The notes beneath the pieces are model-generated. The model had not been told where the DNA came from. It made no database searches and worked only from the letters and a program-made list of their open reading frames with translations. DNA of 10,216 bases, from the NCBI GenBank assembly GCA_038888155.1, contig JAWAJB010000038.1, positions 1-10,216 of the forward strand, given 5' to 3'. Within the stretch, counting starts at the first letter, position 1. Every line of letters begins with the position of its first letter. The position numbers were made by a program, and so were the translations under genes. This DNA is from Desulfurococcaceae archaeon. GTDB lineage: Archaea > Thermoproteota > Thermoprotei_A > Sulfolobales > Desulfurococcaceae. This document shows, piece by piece, positions 7,734 to 10,216 of the stretch.

Positions 7734-9488
7734 CTATTTTCTCCGCCTTGATTCTACAATATGCATAGATATAGCGCCTACAGCTAGACCTCCTATGAAT
7801 GTTGTACCAACGTATAAGTACACTCGTTCAAGCGGCACGCCATAAGTCCTTAAGGTGTACCCTGCTTTTGCAAGATATTCAAGCGCTTTTTCAGGATTAT
7901 ATTGAGCTAATGGCGGTATGTCAGCATTGTATGCCCAGCTGCCAGGATATATCGGACCATTAGCAGGTCTTCCATGGCCTTTTAGAACATCATTAATGAT
8001 TGTGTCTATAGGAATTAAATTAGCTATAGCAAGCCGCACATATCGATTATTTAATATTGGATGGTTAAGGTTAAAACCTAAGTAAGCCACTGCTGGAAAC
8101 GGGATAAATGTTGCATTAATATTTGGATTAGCTTGTAGCGATGGAAGTTCAGCATAAAGTTCGGGCCCGGTATATTCTGATATTATTATGTCAACTTCGC
8201 CAGTTTTAAGGGCTGAAATGGCGGTTGCAACTTCAGGAATCACAACTATCTCTATTCGATCTACGAATGGTTTACCTTTCCAGTAGTTGGGGTTGGCTTC
8301 TAAAACTACTCGTTGATTAGGTACAAACTCTACAATTTTATAAGCACCTAAGCTTACAATTTGTTCGGGACGAGACCAATAACCCCTCCACTGCTCATAC
8401 GGTACTTTACCGAATATGTGTGCAGGGACTATGCCTCCAGTACAGTACCCTCCAAGCGCAGCTAAGATTAAAGCATTTGGCTCTTTTAAATGGAATACTA
8501 CCGTGTAGTTATCAGGCGTTTCTATACGCTCTATCTCCTTTAAGTCTGCAAGTGCCGGTATACCTGTAGCTGGGTTAAGCATTCCTTCATAAGTGACCTT
8601 TACATCTTGTGCTGTGAACGGCTGACCATCAGACCATGTAATGTTTTTCCTAAGATGAAATGTTATGGTTAAGCCATCCTTAGATATTTCATAAGATTCA
8701 GCTAGGTCAGGTATAAGCGTGTAAGTTCCATCGGGTAACCGCATACTTCTCAATAAATTGGGGAAGACGGGAGCTATTGCCACATATTGAGGTATGGAAG
8801 TTGTCATACCAAATAGCGGATCAACATAATTCTCCATGAAAGGAATAGCAACTCTTATTACAATGTAATCCTCCTCAGTTTTACCCCTTACTCTCCATTC
8901 ATCGGCATTTTGTGTCCACAGGATGGGGTCGTAGTTTTCGAGATCGGCTCTAGCACATGTGCAAACGTCAAAATAATATAGAGGAATGAAAGGTGGATCT
9001 TGCTGAAACTCTATTGTAAATTGTGAATAGTACTTTACTCGCTCATTTTTATCATACGTTTTTCTAGCTTTCTCTAATAACTGAGCAACAACTGCATTAT
9101 TGTAGCTCCATTCATTCCAACCTCGAGGGGGAAAGCCGTCTGGAGTAAAGCTTGAAAAGAAAAGCATGTCCTCAGGTCTCCAATACCACCAGTAAGAATC
9201 TGCATCAAACCCTCCTTCTTCATAAGTAAGTCTAAATGTTTCTGCTCCCCAAACCTTACTAAAGAAGGTACCTGCGTCTTCACGAACTATGTCCATTTCG
9301 ATGCCAAACTTAGCCAGAGAGTCTTTGATTACTAGCATGGCGGCATATTCTCTTTCATAACCGATTGGCACAGTAACTGTAAAGCGGAATAAAGTTTCAG
9401 TACTTGTTGCATTAAGACTTGGCACAAACGGAAGAATAAGGCATAGAAGTACTAGAAGTAGAGCTGTGAGTGTTTTAGTTTTCCTCAT
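7734..9488 (-). CDS. oppA: Family 5 (OppA/DppA-type) ABC substrate-binding protein, apparently circularly permuted, with signal peptide and C-terminal TM anchor
   Basis: Basic plus hydrophobic N-terminus; PDLAESYEISKDGLTITFHLR...WSDGQPFTAQDV; GAYK; ANPNYW; LNNRYVRLAI; YNPEKALEYLAKAGY; hydrophobic C-tail ending RRRK. Confidence 0.92.
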   Translation of the reverse strand: MRKTKTLTALLLVLLCLILPFVPSLNATSTETLFRFTVTVPIGYEREYAAMLVIKDSLAKFGIEMDIVREDAGTFFSKVWGAETFRLTYEEGGFDADSYWWYWRPEDMLFFSSFTPDGFPPRGWNEWSYNNAVVAQLLEKARKTYDKNERVKYYSQFTIEFQQDPPFIPLYYFDVCTCARADLENYDPILWTQNADEWRVRGKTEEDYIVIRVAIPFMENYVDPLFGMTTSIPQYVAIAPVFPNLLRSMRLPDGTYTLIPDLAESYEISKDGLTITFHLRKNITWSDGQPFTAQDVKVTYEGMLNPATGIPALADLKEIERIETPDNYTVVFHLKEPNALILAALGGYCTGGIVPAHIFGKVPYEQWRGYWSRPEQIVSLGAYKIVEFVPNQRVVLEANPNYWKGKPFVDRIEIVVIPEVATAISALKTGEVDIIISEYTGPELYAELPSLQANPNINATFIPFPAVAYLGFNLNHPILNNRYVRLAIANLIPIDTIINDVLKGHGRPANGPIYPGSWAYNADIPPLAQYNPEKALEYLAKAGYTLRTYGVPLERVYLYVGTTFIGGLAVGAISMHIVESRRRK

Positions 9489-9519
9489 GCTCTACCCCCA
9501 TGTACTAGTAAGTATCCAC

Positions 9520-9534
9520 ATTAAAAACTTTTTC
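9520..9534 (-). promoter_or_regulatory. Putative archaeal BRE/TATA promoter of the transporter operon
   Basis: Minus strand reads GAAAAAG-TTTTTAAT about 31 nt upstream of the ATG at 9488, followed by the G-rich SD-like GGGGGT. An alternative box, AAACTTTAAAA, lies at 9573-9583. Confidence 0.5.
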
Positions 9535-9760
9535 AACTACGTCAAAATAATTTTTATAGTAAAAATCGGGTGTTTTAAAGTTTATGCATTAAAATTTACA
9601 TAAGATAATTAATACAAAAGCGATGCATAATAAACTACTATCTATACACTGTTCAACATTCATTTCAGAGTCCAGTAGTGTTGGATGTAGTGAAATCTAG
9701 GATAATCTAAGGCTAAGGTTAGCTAAAAGAGATCTTAACGTAAACTTCAATTTCGTTAAA

Positions 9761-10216
9761 TTAGTAGATAGGGATTGGCATCACAGTTTCCTCGACATTT
9801 AAAACTCTAAATTTAACTCCATATACTTTTGAGAGTACTTCCTCCGTTAGTACTTCTTTCACGCTTCCTAAGGCCACCCCCTCTCCATTGTTTAATATAA
9901 GGACTTTAGTAGCTGTGTTTGCTGCAAACACTACGTCATGTGTAGTGAATATTGTCAACACTTTGTCCTTAAGTATTTTTAGAGTCTTTGAGAGTTCTAC
10001 CTTGCTCTTAATATCTATGTGCGCATCGGGTTCATCCAATAGCAGTATTTTCGGGTCTTTGGCTAGTGCCATAGCTAACAACACCTTCTTCAGTTCGCCA
10101 GCGCTTAATTCACTCAACTTTCTGTTCTGTAAACCAAGTACTCCAAGCATCTTCATTACTTCATGCGCCCTATAGAAGTCCTCGCTGCTTTCAAGAAAGC
10201 TCTTTGAGATAGGGTA
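9761..10216 (-). CDS. ABC transporter ATP-binding protein, FepC/BtuD (iron-chelate/cobalamin) type; 5'-truncated by window edge
   Basis: The frame is open to 10216 (YPISKSFLESSEDFYRAHEVMKML). It has ELSAGE, ILLLDEPDAHID, TTHD and the C-terminal EVLTEEVLSKVYGV typical of this subfamily. Confidence 0.85.
   Translation of the reverse strand, partial: YPISKSFLESSEDFYRAHEVMKMLGVLGLQNRKLSELSAGELKKVLLAMALAKDPKILLLDEPDAHIDIKSKVELSKTLKILKDKVLTIFTTHDVVFAANTATKVLILNNGEGVALGSVKEVLTEEVLSKVYGVKFRVLNVEETVMPIPIY

Noticed and set aside
9074-9283. 69-aa minus-strand ORF
   Set aside because: Alternative frame nested inside oppA, with no support.
9410-9488. Lipoprotein lipobox at Cys16 of the SBP
   Set aside because: The context LVLLC-LILP lies mid-hydrophobic region and lacks [AG]-C; a cleavable signal (SLNA) plus C-terminal TM anchor fits better.
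9888-10175. 95-aa plus-strand ORF
   Set aside because: Antisense shadow of the ABC ATPase.

Overview
AT-rich prokaryotic window that looks archaeal (TATA/BRE-type promoters, GAGGTG/GGAGG/AGGTG Shine-Dalgarno sites, SBP with a C-terminal membrane anchor; exact lineage not determinable here). Most of it is a minus-strand cluster of nine genes (680-9488): an Opp/Dpp-family ABC importer (A-B-C-D-F), an EutQ-like cupin, an ATC-hydrolase/V4R-like Cys protein, a corrinoid protein and a pyrrolysine-free MttB-superfamily methyltransferase. Together they suggest uptake plus B12-dependent demethylation of an unknown N-methylated substrate. The binding protein appears circularly permuted and has a YWWYW aromatic cluster near the expected ligand-contact strand. 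The two ATPase genes share a 93-bp near-identical tract, suggesting gene conversion. The flanks are a truncated cysteine hydrolase (+, left) and a truncated FepC/BtuD-type ABC ATPase (-, right). No RNA genes, CRISPR array or transposase were seen. Family calls come from remembered motifs, not database searches.
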